From: a virus
Taxonomy: Duplodnaviria; Heunggongvirae; Uroviricota; Caudoviricetes
IMG/VR virus record: IMGVR_UViG_3300029739_000183
DNA: 64,000 bases
Reading direction: 5' to 3' (one strand)
Part shown: piece after piece, positions 9,568 through 20,337 of the stretch
Layout of the letters: each line of letters begins with the position of its first letter
How positions within the stretch are numbered: position 1 is the first letter of the stretch
Program-made: the position numbers and the translations under genes
Notes under the pieces: model-generated
Told to the model about the DNA's origin: nothing
Databases searched by the model: none
What the model saw: only the letters and a program-made list of their open reading frames with translations

Positions 9568-9698
9568 GATACTACAGCTCATCATAAGAAATGTACGGAG
9601 TACAAAACGATATACGAGATTAGATTAATTACTGCAGATTCGTTCGTAATATTCATTTTTCCATATTAAATGCAGTAATCAGAAAGGAGTCTATATTT

Positions 9699-10298
9699 AT
9701 GGATAATTATGTATGGATAAGAGGAGAAGTTATTGAATCAGTAGAGTTTAGTCATGAAATCGCAGGTAAAAAATACTGGAGAACAAAAATTTCCTGTGAG
9801 CGTCGTTCTGGACGTAAGGATATCTTGCCAGTTATCCTACGAAAGAAAGCAGATATTTCTGTAGGTGATTTTGTTGAAGTGAAAGGAGTATTTCGATCTA
9901 CGTTTAACCGTAAAGCAGAACCAGGATGGAAGAGACATATTCTTGCATATTCCATTGTACTTGCAGATAAAGAAGATCCAGGAAACTTTGTGAAACTGGA
10001 GGGTACTGTAACAAAAGAGCCGGTATTTAGAACAACACCAAACGGACACGAAATTACAGATTTATCCATCACTACAGGAAAAAATATTAATTATTGTGTC
10101 TGTTGGGAAAAAGTTGCACACGCTGCGAAAAATCTGACAGCAGGAGAAAGAGTATGTATTAAAGGCTTTATCCAGAGCCGTAATTATCGTAAAAGAAAAG
10201 ATGACGGTTTTAACATTATCCCAACGATAGAAATCTCTGTTCTTTTGCTGGAAAACCCCGATGGAATAAAAATCGCACCAATCAGTGCCCCAGTTTAA
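9699..10298 (+). CDS. hypothetical protein, tandem OB-fold-like (SSB/PriB-like) repeats
   Basis: Two internally similar segments (VEVKGVFRSTFNRK and VCIKGFIQSRNYRK) with a beta-rich pattern. It is flanked on both sides by MITE-derived sequence. The assignment is weak. Confidence 0.35.
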   Translation: MDNYVWIRGEVIESVEFSHEIAGKKYWRTKISCERRSGRKDILPVILRKKADISVGDFVEVKGVFRSTFNRKAEPGWKRHILAYSIVLADKEDPGNFVKLEGTVTKEPVFRTTPNGHEITDLSITTGKNINYCVCWEKVAHAAKNLTAGERVCIKGFIQSRNYRKRKDDGFNIIPTIEISVLLLENPDGIKIAPISAPV

Positions 10299-10330
10299 CA
10301 AGAAAAAATACCGGCTGGGGATTAGAAAAT
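10297..10330 (+). repeat. short MITE remnant (AACAAGAAAAA + ATACCGGCTGGGGATTA)
   Basis: Shares the terminal motifs of the 9388 element; internally deleted. Confidence 0.4.
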
Positions 10331-10488
10331 AAAAAGCAAATCACCTGTGGGTATCTTTATCCATAGGTTTTTGTTTTGCTCTCATAAAAATTCTTTGCCT
10401 ATTTTATGCGATATGATAACGGAAATAACAAATATGTTGCTTTATCTAAAAAAAAGACATATTAAAAAAAATAATAGGAGGTTTTGTA

Positions 10489-13086
10489 ATGAAAAATAAT
10501 AACAAATTACACAGAAAAAGCCACAGAAAGATTAAAATGATTGAAAAAAAAGTACAGGCGATTGAAGCATTAGATGAAAAAATGCAGGCATTAAATGACA
10601 AAGAGCTTCGTGCAAAAACAGAAGAATTTAAAAAACGCTTAGCGGAAGGAGAATCTTTGGATGATATTTTAGTGGAAGCTTTTGCAGTTGTAAGAGAAGC
10701 TGCTGACAGAACTCTTCATTTAAAACATTATCCGGTACAATTAATGGGTGGAATTATCTTGCATCAGGGTTGTATCGCAGAGATGAAGACTGGTGAAGGT
10801 AAGACTTTGGTATCGACACTTCCAGCATATTTAAATGCGCTGGAGGGTAAAGGTGTCCATATAGTTACTGTTAATGACTATCTGGCTAAGCGTGATGCCG
10901 AATGGATGGGTCAAATTCATCGTTTTTTAGGCTTAAGCGTGGGAGTAATCTTAAGTGATGACGATAATGTAAAAAGAAAAGAGGCATATGATTGTGATAT
11001 CACTTATATCACAAATAATGAACTGGGTTTTGATTATCTCCGGGATAATATGGCGATTTATAAAAAGGATCTTGTGCAGCGCGAATTAAACTATGCGATC
11101 ATTGATGAAGTGGACTCTGTGCTGATAGATGAAGCCCGTACTCCGCTTATTATCTCTGGAGATGATGAGATATCTACGGATTTATATAAAACTTGTGAGA
11201 CATTAGCCTGCATGATGGTAAAAGGGACTGCAACAGGTGAACTTTCAAAAGTGGATGCAATCGTTGGAAATAATATTGAAGAAGATGGAGACTTCCTTGT
11301 TAATGAAAAAGATCAACAAATCATGTTAACACAGGATGGGATAAAAAAAGTAGAAGACTTCTTTCATTTAAATAATCTTGCTGATCCAGATAATCTGCAT
11401 ATCCGGCATAATGTTATCCTTGCTTTGCGTGCCCATAATCTTATGCACAAAGATAAAGATTACGTGGTCAAAGAAAATGAAATAATCATTGTTGATGAGT
11501 TTACAGGACGAATTATGCCGGGGCGCCGATATTCTGATGGTCTGCATCAAGCAATCGAAGCGAAAGAACATGTTCCAATCAATCGAGAATCAAAAACGCT
11601 GGCAACGATTACTTTCCAGAATTTTTTCAATAAATACAAAAAGAAAGCTGGCATGACGGGTACTGCTTTTACTGAAAAGAAGGAGTTTGCAGAAATATAT
11701 CACATGGATGTTATCGAAATTCCTACAAATAAACCTGTTGCGCGGGTTGATTATATTGATTCAGTGTATAAAACAAAGCAGGAGAAATATAATGCTGTAG
11801 TAAAAGATGTTTTGGAAACCCATAAAACAGGACAACCGGTGTTAGTAGGCACAGCAAGTATTGATGTTTCAGAAACAATCAGTAAAATCTTAACCGAGAA
11901 AGGAATCAAACATCAAGTACTTAATGCTAAGAAACATGAATCAGAAGCCGAAATCGTTTCTCATGCAGGAGAAAAGGGATCAGTTACTATCGCCACTAAC
12001 ATGGCTGGAAGAGGAACAGATATTAAACTGGGCGATGGAGTAAAAGAACTTGGTGGTTTAAAGATTATCGGTACGGAAAGGCATGAAAGTATCAGGATTG
12101 ATAACCAGCTGCGTGGACGTGCTGGTAGACAAGGTGACCCTGGTGAATCTAAGTTCTATTTATCTCTTGAAGATGACTTGATGCGGTTATTTGGATACGA
12201 TAAACTAAAAAAGATTTATGAAGTCTATAAAATACCAGAAGGAGAAGATCTTCAAGATAAATCCGTTGCAAAGCAGATAAGACGAGCCCAAAAAGATAAA
12301 GAAAATAATAATTTCGGTATTCGTAAAAATTTACTTGATTATGATGCGGTAAATAATCAGCAGAGAGAAATCATCTATGAAGAAAGACGGCGAGTATTAA
12401 ATGGCGAGAGTATGCGAGATCTTATCTATAAGATGATCCGAAAAGTTGTAGAAGATGATGTATTAGAGATTGTTCATAAAACAACTTCAAAATGCATGGA
12501 TATTGACTTACTGGATATGGTATTAGATAGGTTACGCATTGAAGTACCGATTAGACAAGTTACTGTATCTGAAAAAGAATTAAAAGATACAAAAAAACTT
12601 ATTGTCCTGTTGCAGGAAGAAGCTCTTGCTTATTATCATTTAAAAGAAAAAGAATTCAGTTCTGTTGCTGCGATATATGAACAGCAAACAAATGGTATTA
12701 TGACAGAAGAGGATAAAGCGTTATGTAATAATGGTATGAGAGAAGTAGAACGTATAGTTCTTTTAAACATTATTGATAGAAACTGGCCAGATCAAATCGA
12801 TAATATGGATAAACTCAGAGAGAGCATCGGTTTACAGTCTTATGCTCAAAGAGACCCTGTTGCACAGTATAAACTTTTTGGTAGTGAAATGTTTGAAGAA
12901 ATGGCAAAAAAAATTCGTCATGATACGGTTTCGTCTTTGATGCATTTTTCAATCAAACAAAAAATAGAGAGAGAATCTCCAGAAAATAAAACTTATCACA
13001 GAACCGAACAAAAAATTGGACGAAACGAAACATGCCCATGCGGAAGTGGTAAAAAATACAAAAATTGTTGTGGAAAAACAGCATAA
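10489..13086 (+). CDS. secA: preprotein translocase ATPase SecA
   Basis: Full-length SecA with the DEAD motor, preprotein cross-linking domain and a C-terminal zinc-binding tail ([14 protein letters not shown]). RBS AGGAGG upstream. Confidence 0.9.
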   Translation: MKNNNKLHRKSHRKIKMIEKKVQAIEALDEKMQALNDKELRAKTEEFKKRLAEGESLDDILVEAFAVVREAADRTLHLKHYPVQLMGGIILHQGCIAEMKTGEGKTLVSTLPAYLNALEGKGVHIVTVNDYLAKRDAEWMGQIHRFLGLSVGVILSDDDNVKRKEAYDCDITYITNNELGFDYLRDNMAIYKKDLVQRELNYAIIDEVDSVLIDEARTPLIISGDDEISTDLYKTCETLACMMVKGTATGELSKVDAIVGNNIEEDGDFLVNEKDQQIMLTQDGIKKVEDFFHLNNLADPDNLHIRHNVILALRAHNLMHKDKDYVVKENEIIIVDEFTGRIMPGRRYSDGLHQAIEAKEHVPINRESKTLATITFQNFFNKYKKKAGMTGTAFTEKKEFAEIYHMDVIEIPTNKPVARVDYIDSVYKTKQEKYNAVVKDVLETHKTGQPVLVGTASIDVSETISKILTEKGIKHQVLNAKKHESEAEIVSHAGEKGSVTIATNMAGRGTDIKLGDGVKELGGLKIIGTERHESIRIDNQLRGRAGRQGDPGESKFYLSLEDDLMRLFGYDKLKKIYEVYKIPEGEDLQDKSVAKQIRRAQKDKENNNFGIRKNLLDYDAVNNQQREIIYEERRRVLNGESMRDLIYKMIRKVVEDDVLEIVHKTTSKCMDIDLLDMVLDRLRIEVPIRQVTVSEKELKDTKKLIVLLQEEALAYYHLKEKEFSSVAAIYEQQTNGIMTEEDKALCNNGMREVERIVLLNIIDRNWPDQIDNMDKLRESIGLQSYAQRDPVAQYKLFGSEMFEEMAKKIRHDTVSSLMHFSIKQKIERESPENKTYHRTEQKIGRNETCPCGSGKKYKNCCGKTA

Positions 13087-13181
13087 AAGAAAGAAAACAG
13101 AGGGTAATTTTACTCTCTGTTTTTCTACTTTTGTTCAGGTTCATCAGGTATAATTAACTACTTCTGCTGAGACGTTTATCG

Positions 13182-14198
13182 TTATTTTATTGACATATTA
13201 TTGACATTATGTATGATGATTTCATCTTCTCCATATAAATTATGCTTTATTTCTATATCGGATCGATTATAAACATCCATTGGGATAGAAATTTCGATAC
13301 CGCTATCTGTTACAATAACTTGTTTTTCAAGTTTTTTTACTGTTGATTCATTTTCAATCTTTATTTTGTCGTACTGCATATCATAATTTTCCATCTTTTC
13401 GTCAAAAGCAGCTTTTTTATCTGGACTACTTCCAAACAATTCTGATCCAATAGATTCGATATCTAATTCTTTTTCATCTATATATCTTTTTAGCAAAGAA
13501 GCTTTTGCATCCATCTGTGGTTTGATATCTGTTCCGTCATAGCTTTTACAAATATTTGTGATTGTGTGGTTTACAATATCTAACTTTTTTTTGGGAGATT
13601 TTGATGTGTTACAACAAAGAAATAATTCTGAAAAATAATTCTTCTTTTCTCCATTGATATTATATCGTTTTTCTGTCAGACGGATACTCTTGTCTGTTAA
13701 ATTAATGATTGCCGCTTCCGATGGTTTTGTTGTTGCAGAAGGAAGAAGAGACAGAATTTCTGTTAATCTGGTCACTGTGCCGGCATTCTCTTTGCTGATC
13801 TTTCGTATGTAACTAGAGCGATAATTTAATTTTACCAAAGCTAGGTATATTGTACCTGATTCCTGGAAAGAAGCGCATATAAGGTCTGCTGGTGGGATAT
13901 CCTCCCCTTTCGTCATGATCTGAAATAAAGTATGTGCGATTTCTTTGCTTGTTTCCATAAAACTCGTCATGTCACTTTCATTTAATTTGGAAAGTAGGTC
14001 GTAAACATGACTGTTATCCGGATAAAACTGCCCATACATGGAACTGTCATTTTTATGTACTTTCTTTAATATATTACATAGAAAATCAAATTGATCTCCA
14101 ATGAGATCCAATGGGGAGTTGGATAGTACCATACCTTTGTTGCAATTATCCAGTATATGTAGCACTGCTTTTCGTAAAATGATATCGTTATTTTCCAT
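13182..14198 (-). CDS. nucleoid-associated protein, NdpA/YejK (NA37)-like
   Basis: The ~338 aa length and the N-terminal ILRKAVLHILDN motif resemble the NA37 family. RBS AGGAGG upstream. Assigned by pattern only. Confidence 0.35.
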   Translation of the reverse strand: MENNDIILRKAVLHILDNCNKGMVLSNSPLDLIGDQFDFLCNILKKVHKNDSSMYGQFYPDNSHVYDLLSKLNESDMTSFMETSKEIAHTLFQIMTKGEDIPPADLICASFQESGTIYLALVKLNYRSSYIRKISKENAGTVTRLTEILSLLPSATTKPSEAAIINLTDKSIRLTEKRYNINGEKKNYFSELFLCCNTSKSPKKKLDIVNHTITNICKSYDGTDIKPQMDAKASLLKRYIDEKELDIESIGSELFGSSPDKKAAFDEKMENYDMQYDKIKIENESTVKKLEKQVIVTDSGIEISIPMDVYNRSDIEIKHNLYGEDEIIIHNVNNMSIK

Positions 14199-14615
14199 TA
14201 TAAAAACCTCCTGATTTTTTTTCGCTTATTTTTAATATGTTAATTTTTTGAGGTATAATTAAGAAAAAATACGAATCTTGGATTGTTTCTTTCTGGTCTG
14301 TACGGTATATTTTAAAAAGAAGCATTATATTAACTGCATTGTGTATTAACGATTCTTCTACAGATTGAATTTGTATAGTATTTAGCATTCCCTAGCACAT
14401 TCAATCAAATGTGATATCAATCGAATTTACATAAGGCAGTCCTACCTACATAAACCAAAGGCTGTATATGATAAGCTGGCTAATAAACAATTAATGAGAG
14501 CAAAAAATAATAATCAGACCGATATTCATGCAGCTTAAACATTGAGAAGGGAAATCTCTAACTACTTATTAAGTGGATTGATTCCTACAACTTATATATT
14601 AGGAGGAAAAAAGAA

Positions 14616-14957
14616 ATGAAAAAGATTGATTTAGAAAAGTATATCGTTTTGTCTGTTGAAAATGAAAAAATACAGATTGTATATAATGCAGAAAACACAG
14701 ATTTATATCTGTGGAAATATGGAAGTTTTTATGTAACAAGAGATCGCTCTCGTATCATTCCAAATTGTCCAGATGAAAATATCTTGTTTTTAAAAAAGGG
14801 AGAAAAAAATATCATTTGCAATAACGATTTTTTTGATAAAGATTATCCATACATGGTATTCCGACAAAAATATCCTGATATCTATATAATAAGTAAAGAT
14901 AAATCGGAAATAAATATGATACGAATGTTATTGAGTATTTTTAAGGAAGAAAAGTAA
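14616..14957 (+). CDS. hypothetical protein
   Basis: ORF with RBS TTAGGAGGAAAAAAG before the ATG. Confidence 0.4.
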   Translation: MKKIDLEKYIVLSVENEKIQIVYNAENTDLYLWKYGSFYVTRDRSRIIPNCPDENILFLKKGEKNIICNNDFFDKDYPYMVFRQKYPDIYIISKDKSEINMIRMLLSIFKEEK

Positions 14958-15002
14958 AAAGAATAGAATTCAAAAAAAGGATGGCAAGTACCATCCTTTT
15001 TT

Positions 15003-16943
15003 TTAAAGAGTTTTAAATATTTCTTCTGAGATAATAGGAATTCCAAGTTCTTTAGCTTTCTTGTTTTTACTAGATGTGGATAAAATATCATTGTTGATGA
15101 GATAAGTTGTCTTAGAAGAAATGCTTCCAGCCACTTTTCCTCCACGTCTTTCAATTTCTTCTTTTAAAGCTTTTCTGTTAGGATACCCTGTGAGAGTGCC
15201 AGTGATCACAAAAATCTTTCCAGAGAGATCTGTTTCATCTGATGCATTCTCTTTTTCAAGCTGAATATTTAATTCCGCACATAAATCTATATATTCTTTG
15301 ATATTTTTCTTAAACCAGTTAATGATGGAAGAAGCATTCACTTTTCCAATGCCGTTCATCGCCATTAATTTTTCTAAAGCGTTTTCGGAAAAAACAAGAT
15401 TTACAAGAGTTTCTGCAACGGGTTCTGCCAGTTCTTTCTGGAGGATTTTTGCAACATCATGTCCAACACCGGGAATACCAAGTGCATAAAACAGCTGACG
15501 GAAAGTAGTATTTCGGCTCTGTTCAATCGCCTTTATCATGTTGTTATATGACTTTTCTCCAAAACCATCCATTGCGACAATTTGCTCTTTGTAAGTGTCT
15601 AAATGATAGAGGTCTGCAAAGGTCATTAAAAATCCATTTTTTACAAATGTTTCGATTGCTGATTTTGCGATACCGGTTACATTTAATGCATCTCTTTCCA
15701 CAAGACGAGTATATTTTCCAATATGTTTTGCTGGACATTTCGGATTTTCGCAATATAAAAATTCCGAAGACTTATCTGCGTTGAAACGTCTAGTAACCGC
15801 CTGTTTACATGCTGGGCATTTCGCTGGGATTTTTATATAATTCCCGTTCATTGTGAGATTTTCGTCTACCTGCGGAATGATTTTATTCGCTTTGTAGATG
15901 GTGATAGTATCTCCATAACCAAGTTGTAATAGAGATAAGTAACTTAAATTGTGCAGACTTGCTTTTGTTACCATTGTGCCTTCAATCTCAACGGGTTTAA
16001 ATAGTGCAACTGGATTGATAAGTCCAGTTCGAGAAGGTGACCATATTACATCAGTTAATGTCGTTTCCACGCTATCATCCTGCCATTTAAAAGCAATAGA
16101 ATTTCTTGGAAACTTATTTGTAACTCCCAGACTAACACCATATGCAATATCATCCATACACAAGACTAACCCATCTGTAGGGAATGTATAAGATTCCACT
16201 TCTTTTTCAAAATAATCAGTTATCGTTTCTTTTATCGTAAAAGCAGTAACTTTTTTGTATTCAACTACTGTAAATCCCTGCTTTTCCATCCAGTGGAAAC
16301 TTTCTTCGACTGTTTTTGGCATTTTTGGACATTCGACTAAAGTAAAGGCTTTGAACTGTAGATGTCTAGTAGATGCTTTTTTTGAGTCATATAAACGTAG
16401 GCTTGCGTTTGCCAGATTTCTTGGATTTTTGTACTCTCCATTTTCACTTTCTTTGATTTTCTCGAAATCATTATATGATAGAATACACTCCCCTCGGACA
16501 ATAACCTTGCCTGTTTCTCTGATTTTCATAGGGAGTCCCTTAATACAGCGGGCATTATGCGTTACATTTTCCCCGATCTCTCCATTGCCACGAGTAGCAG
16601 CCATAATCAGCTGTCCATTCTCGTATGTAGCTACAACAGTCATTCCATCCATTTTCCATGATAAAACTCCGTCTTGAGTCCCAAGCCATGTCTCTAAAAA
16701 ATGTACATCTTTTGTTTTGTCCAGAGATAATGCTTTTTGTTCATGTTTAACTTTTGAAAGTTCTGATACAACAGTATATCCTACTTCCTGTGTCGGGCTG
16801 CCTGGCAGTATAATCCCTGTCTCAACTTCCATACTAACAAGCCTGTCATATAAGGCATCATATTCCCTGTCTGACAAAGGGGATTGTTCCCCAAAATAAT
16901 ACGCTTTTCTTGCTTCATTTAACTTGTTTACTAACTCTTTCAT
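15003..16943 (-). CDS. ligA: NAD-dependent DNA ligase LigA
   Basis: Adenylation motif KMDG (WKMDGM), OB domain, Cys4 zinc finger (CPACK..C..C), HhH domain and a C-terminal BRCT domain are present. RBS TAAGGAGG upstream. Confidence 0.9.
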   Translation of the reverse strand: MKELVNKLNEARKAYYFGEQSPLSDREYDALYDRLVSMEVETGIILPGSPTQEVGYTVVSELSKVKHEQKALSLDKTKDVHFLETWLGTQDGVLSWKMDGMTVVATYENGQLIMAATRGNGEIGENVTHNARCIKGLPMKIRETGKVIVRGECILSYNDFEKIKESENGEYKNPRNLANASLRLYDSKKASTRHLQFKAFTLVECPKMPKTVEESFHWMEKQGFTVVEYKKVTAFTIKETITDYFEKEVESYTFPTDGLVLCMDDIAYGVSLGVTNKFPRNSIAFKWQDDSVETTLTDVIWSPSRTGLINPVALFKPVEIEGTMVTKASLHNLSYLSLLQLGYGDTITIYKANKIIPQVDENLTMNGNYIKIPAKCPACKQAVTRRFNADKSSEFLYCENPKCPAKHIGKYTRLVERDALNVTGIAKSAIETFVKNGFLMTFADLYHLDTYKEQIVAMDGFGEKSYNNMIKAIEQSRNTTFRQLFYALGIPGVGHDVAKILQKELAEPVAETLVNLVFSENALEKLMAMNGIGKVNASSIINWFKKNIKEYIDLCAELNIQLEKENASDETDLSGKIFVITGTLTGYPNRKALKEEIERRGGKVAGSISSKTTYLINNDILSTSSKNKKAKELGIPIISEEIFKTL

Positions 16944-17050
16944 TTTAAATCCTCCTTATTTTGATTTTTTTTACATTATTAATCTGCAAAATGTATTTCT
17001 TTTTCTTTATCCAAATTAATAATGTATTTCTGTCAGAGAAGGAGGTATTT

Positions 17051-18010
17051 ATGAAAAAAGTGATTCATATTTTTATGCTTTTTTTACTGAGCTTATGTCT
17101 CTGTGGGCAAACCACACAAATTACTACTGTATATGCAGCAACAGGTAAAAAGACTGCTTCAACGACAATAAGCAAGAAAAAAAAGAATAAAAAAAAGAAA
17201 AATAAAGTATCAGTTGTTATATATTCCACATCAAAAGCAGGAGTAAGTACAACCAAAAAAGTAATAGTAAAGAAAAAAACAATGAAAAAGGCTGCTACAA
17301 AAACAGTATCCACAACAAAGAAAACGACATCGAAAAAAAAGTCTACTAAAAAGACAGGGGCTGTTACGATCATAACAGATACTACAGTTGTAACAACAGT
17401 TAAAACATCAACAAAAAAGAAATCTAAAATAAAAACGATAAAAACCACAATCGTAACAACGGTTAAGACAACCAGAAAAACCACTTCTTCGCCAGCGACT
17501 GGAACTACAGTTGGAAGTGATTTTTCTATTTCAAAATTTACAGATATTAAAGGTCATGTAAATACAAAGATTTATAATGCGTTCACAACTCTTGGTTTTC
17601 AATTTAAAATCAATCCATCACTATCATCAACCGGCATGTTTAGTGTGCGACAACACAATATTCAACTAAAAACCGGACGATCTTCCTATCTTTATCATGA
17701 ATTGGGACACTTTTTATCCCTTTTAAAAGGAAAAGGAGACTATATTGATAAATCTAATGACTTTATAAGTATATTTAATACAGAAAAATCTTTGTATCGA
17801 GGAAATAATAAAACGTATATAACACAGGATACCGGCGAGTATTTTGCAGAATCTTTTCGCGATTACACAGAAAACCCATCTGTATTAAAACAACAGCGTC
17901 CAAAGACATACAGCTACATTAACAATATGGTAAATTCTATTTCAGACAAAGATATTACAGCTTTTCGTAATGCTTATGAATGGATATGGAATTTAGAACA
18001 ATCTAAATAA
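17051..18010 (+). CDS. secreted ATLF-like (anthrax lethal factor-like) HExxH zinc metalloprotease-domain protein with K/T-rich linker
   Basis: Start at 17051 (MKKVIHIF..) gives a signal peptide, with a GAAGGAGG RBS upstream. The C-terminal domain carries YHELGHF (HExxH) and a downstream GEYFAESFRDY segment matching the lethal-factor HEFGHAV / EFFAEAF arrangement. Confidence 0.6.
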   Translation: MKKVIHIFMLFLLSLCLCGQTTQITTVYAATGKKTASTTISKKKKNKKKKNKVSVVIYSTSKAGVSTTKKVIVKKKTMKKAATKTVSTTKKTTSKKKSTKKTGAVTIITDTTVVTTVKTSTKKKSKIKTIKTTIVTTVKTTRKTTSSPATGTTVGSDFSISKFTDIKGHVNTKIYNAFTTLGFQFKINPSLSSTGMFSVRQHNIQLKTGRSSYLYHELGHFLSLLKGKGDYIDKSNDFISIFNTEKSLYRGNNKTYITQDTGEYFAESFRDYTENPSVLKQQRPKTYSYINNMVNSISDKDITAFRNAYEWIWNLEQSK

Positions 18011-18184
18011 GCGGGAACAAGACAAGAAACAGTAAAATAATAGTTGCAGAAATACAATAATTTAACAAAAGGCTGAGATAATCTCAGTCTTTTGTTGGAA
18101 TCGAACTCTTTCTTTCATAAATTTTAAAATTTCAATTTTCCTCATATTGATGATATAAATTTTTCAAAATCTAGGAGGAAAAAC

Positions 18185-19144
18185 ATGAAGAAAGAAGAAA
18201 TATTAGAAGTTGTTCGCTCAAATGAAGGAACGGTCCTTAGTTTCCCTGACAGGGGACCTTGGGGAAATAACCAATATCGTGGAAATTGCAGCGGTTATAT
18301 TCATGCATTCTTAATTGATCAATACAATGTTGATTTTATGGCAGAAATGTATGCTGGAGGTGGCACAGGGTATGATGTGTGTAAAGATATGGGTGTAAGA
18401 TATGTTGGATGTGACTTAAACCCACATCCTGTAAGACCAAATATCTTTGTCTGTAACGCTCTTACCGATGAAATCCCGGAAGAATTTTCGGAAGCAGATT
18501 TTATCTTTCAGCATATGCCATACCCGGAAATAGGAATCAAATATGCCGGTAGTGAGTATGCCGATCCAGAAGAAAAATTAAAAACACAGGATATTGGACA
18601 AATGGACTTTAAGCGGGGGATGATGGCAAACAATAAGGTGACCATGAAGCTTTACAATGTAATGGCTCCCGGAGCTAAGATGGGAATCTTATGCGGAAAT
18701 GTTCGTAAAAAAGGAAAATATCACGATATGATGCTCTCACTTGCATTACCAGGCGAAGTGATACAAAATATTGTGAAGATGCAGCATAACTGTGTTTCTA
18801 ACGGTCGAACTTATGCGCGAAAAAACTTTGTGCCAATTGTCCATGAAAATCTAGTTATCTTACAGAAACCATTTGAAAAGACTTTTTATATTGGCTATAT
18901 GTTGCCACGAGAATATCAAATCGATATCAGGAACAGTGTGTCCGCAACATGGCGGGATGTATTCCGATATGTCCTTTATAATATAGGTGGAAAAGCTCAC
19001 TACAAGGAAATTGCTGAAGCTGTAAAAGGATATAAAAAAAGCGAGAAAAATAACAATGTCGAAGCAAAAGCAAGGCAAACGCTGAGACAGTATACCAAGA
19101 CATTTACTCCTCTTGGAAATGGGTATTACAAACTGGTTGCATGA
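18185..19144 (+). CDS. putative gamma-class N6-adenine DNA methyltransferase-like protein with degenerate motif IV
   Basis: Motif I-like YAGGGTGYDV..VGCDLNP is followed ~60 aa later by FIFQHMPYPE. This parallels the M.TaqI FxGxG..NPPY arrangement, but here the motif reads HMPY. The C-terminus looks like a winged helix. Confidence 0.35.
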   Translation: MKKEEILEVVRSNEGTVLSFPDRGPWGNNQYRGNCSGYIHAFLIDQYNVDFMAEMYAGGGTGYDVCKDMGVRYVGCDLNPHPVRPNIFVCNALTDEIPEEFSEADFIFQHMPYPEIGIKYAGSEYADPEEKLKTQDIGQMDFKRGMMANNKVTMKLYNVMAPGAKMGILCGNVRKKGKYHDMMLSLALPGEVIQNIVKMQHNCVSNGRTYARKNFVPIVHENLVILQKPFEKTFYIGYMLPREYQIDIRNSVSATWRDVFRYVLYNIGGKAHYKEIAEAVKGYKKSEKNNNVEAKARQTLRQYTKTFTPLGNGYYKLVA

Positions 19145-19448
19145 TTATTTATAAAAAGTATGAATAACGATATTTTTGAAAAAGTATTAAAAGCTCCTAT
19201 TCAGGGGCTTTTTTTATGAAAAAATAAAATAAAGATATACCCCATGGATAAATCCGTGGGATTTTTTGGTTATAACTCTAAATCGTCAAGTCCTATTTCT
19301 TCTTTTGGCGAATAATCTATTATTTTTTCGGAAGGAATACTTGTGCCGTAAAATTTTTAAATCAATTCCAGTGTATTACTGAAAATTTTTATGTGCTAGA
19401 TTCTCCATATTGAAAATGTAATCGTTTCAAATAAGGAGGAAAAAGAAA

Positions 19449-20111
19449 ATGAAAAGTGTAACAAAAAAAGAAAAAATCGAATACCTCATTATTGCGGTAT
19501 TGCTGATGATACTGGTTGCTGAAGCTTTTGCGATCAGAGATGTCAGAGTCGAAAGCAGAGAACAACAGGCAGCAGCGGTTTCAGAAAGAATCTACTTAAA
19601 ACACAACACGAAACTATATGATGTTCCATTTTACATGTGGGTTGATGGAACAGGTGATGCTAATCGGATTCACAAATTAGAAACTATCGTTTCTGAGATA
19701 AAAAGTACAGATCCAGAGATGTATAAGATATTTGTAAATACTGGCTGGCATTTCGTGTTGACAGATAAACAGCTTGGTGAAAATAAAAAAGCTAATACAA
19801 AAATTGTAGGGCAGTGTAATCCATTGATGAAATGCCTATACATATTAAATGTAGATGATAGAGTAGTATGGCATGAATTTGCCCATTTTGTTGATAATAC
19901 AAAGGATACATCAAAAACAAAAATTTTTAAAAAAGCTCATAAAAATGAGTGGATGGAGACCACCGATGCATATGATCTTTTGACAGTAAATACGGCAACA
20001 GCTGGTGAATATTTTGCAGAAATGTATTCATTTTTCCGTGTAAATGGAATCCCAGCTGACGATGCTTGCCCGATGACAAAGGATGTTTTTCGAAAGCTTT
20101 TTAACAACTAA
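19449..20111 (+). CDS. ATLF-like HExxH metalloprotease-domain protein with N-terminal TM/signal anchor
   Basis: WHEFAHFVD (HExxH) plus downstream GEYFAEMYSFF. N-terminal hydrophobic helix. RBS AAGGAGG upstream. Confidence 0.55.
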   Translation: MKSVTKKEKIEYLIIAVLLMILVAEAFAIRDVRVESREQQAAAVSERIYLKHNTKLYDVPFYMWVDGTGDANRIHKLETIVSEIKSTDPEMYKIFVNTGWHFVLTDKQLGENKKANTKIVGQCNPLMKCLYILNVDDRVVWHEFAHFVDNTKDTSKTKIFKKAHKNEWMETTDAYDLLTVNTATAGEYFAEMYSFFRVNGIPADDACPMTKDVFRKLFNN

Positions 20112-20145
20112 TTTTTTCTTATTTAAGAAGGAGAGCAGTTTTATA

Positions 20146-20222
20146 AGAAAAACAAGAATTCTCCTAACTTCTGAAAGCTCCAGCATTCAGCTTCCGTTAA
20201 TACCGGCTGGGGATTAAAACAA
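20146..20222 (+). repeat. internally deleted copy of the IS605-derived MITE
   Basis: AAGAAAAACAAGAATTCTCCT...CAGCATTCAGCTTCCGTTAATACCGGCTGGGGATTAAAACAA has the same termini as 9388..9567. Confidence 0.45.
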
Positions 20223-20337
20223 AAATTAAACTTTTCTTATAAAAGCAGGACATTATGTCCTGCTTTTTTTTAAATGTTAAGTGCCGATAAAAACATATTA
20301 ATAATGCAAATATTTCAAAAAAAGGAGGAATATATAT

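Noticed and set aside
9466-9669. 67-aa ORF inside the MITE
   Set aside because: It lies entirely within hairpin-rich repeat sequence, has no RBS, and the same sequence occurs in inverted orientation elsewhere. Most likely non-coding.
10455-10470. CATATTAA treated as a strict -10 promoter element
   Set aside because: In several copies (secA, hsdM, secY2) the motif ends only 2-6 nt before the SD sequence, leaving no room for a transcription start plus leader. It is kept as an over-represented motif of unknown role rather than being annotated as promoters.
17065-17484. 139-aa minus-strand ORF (V/F-rich)
   Set aside because: Antisense to the poly-K/T linker of the ATLF-like gene; a low-complexity artefact.
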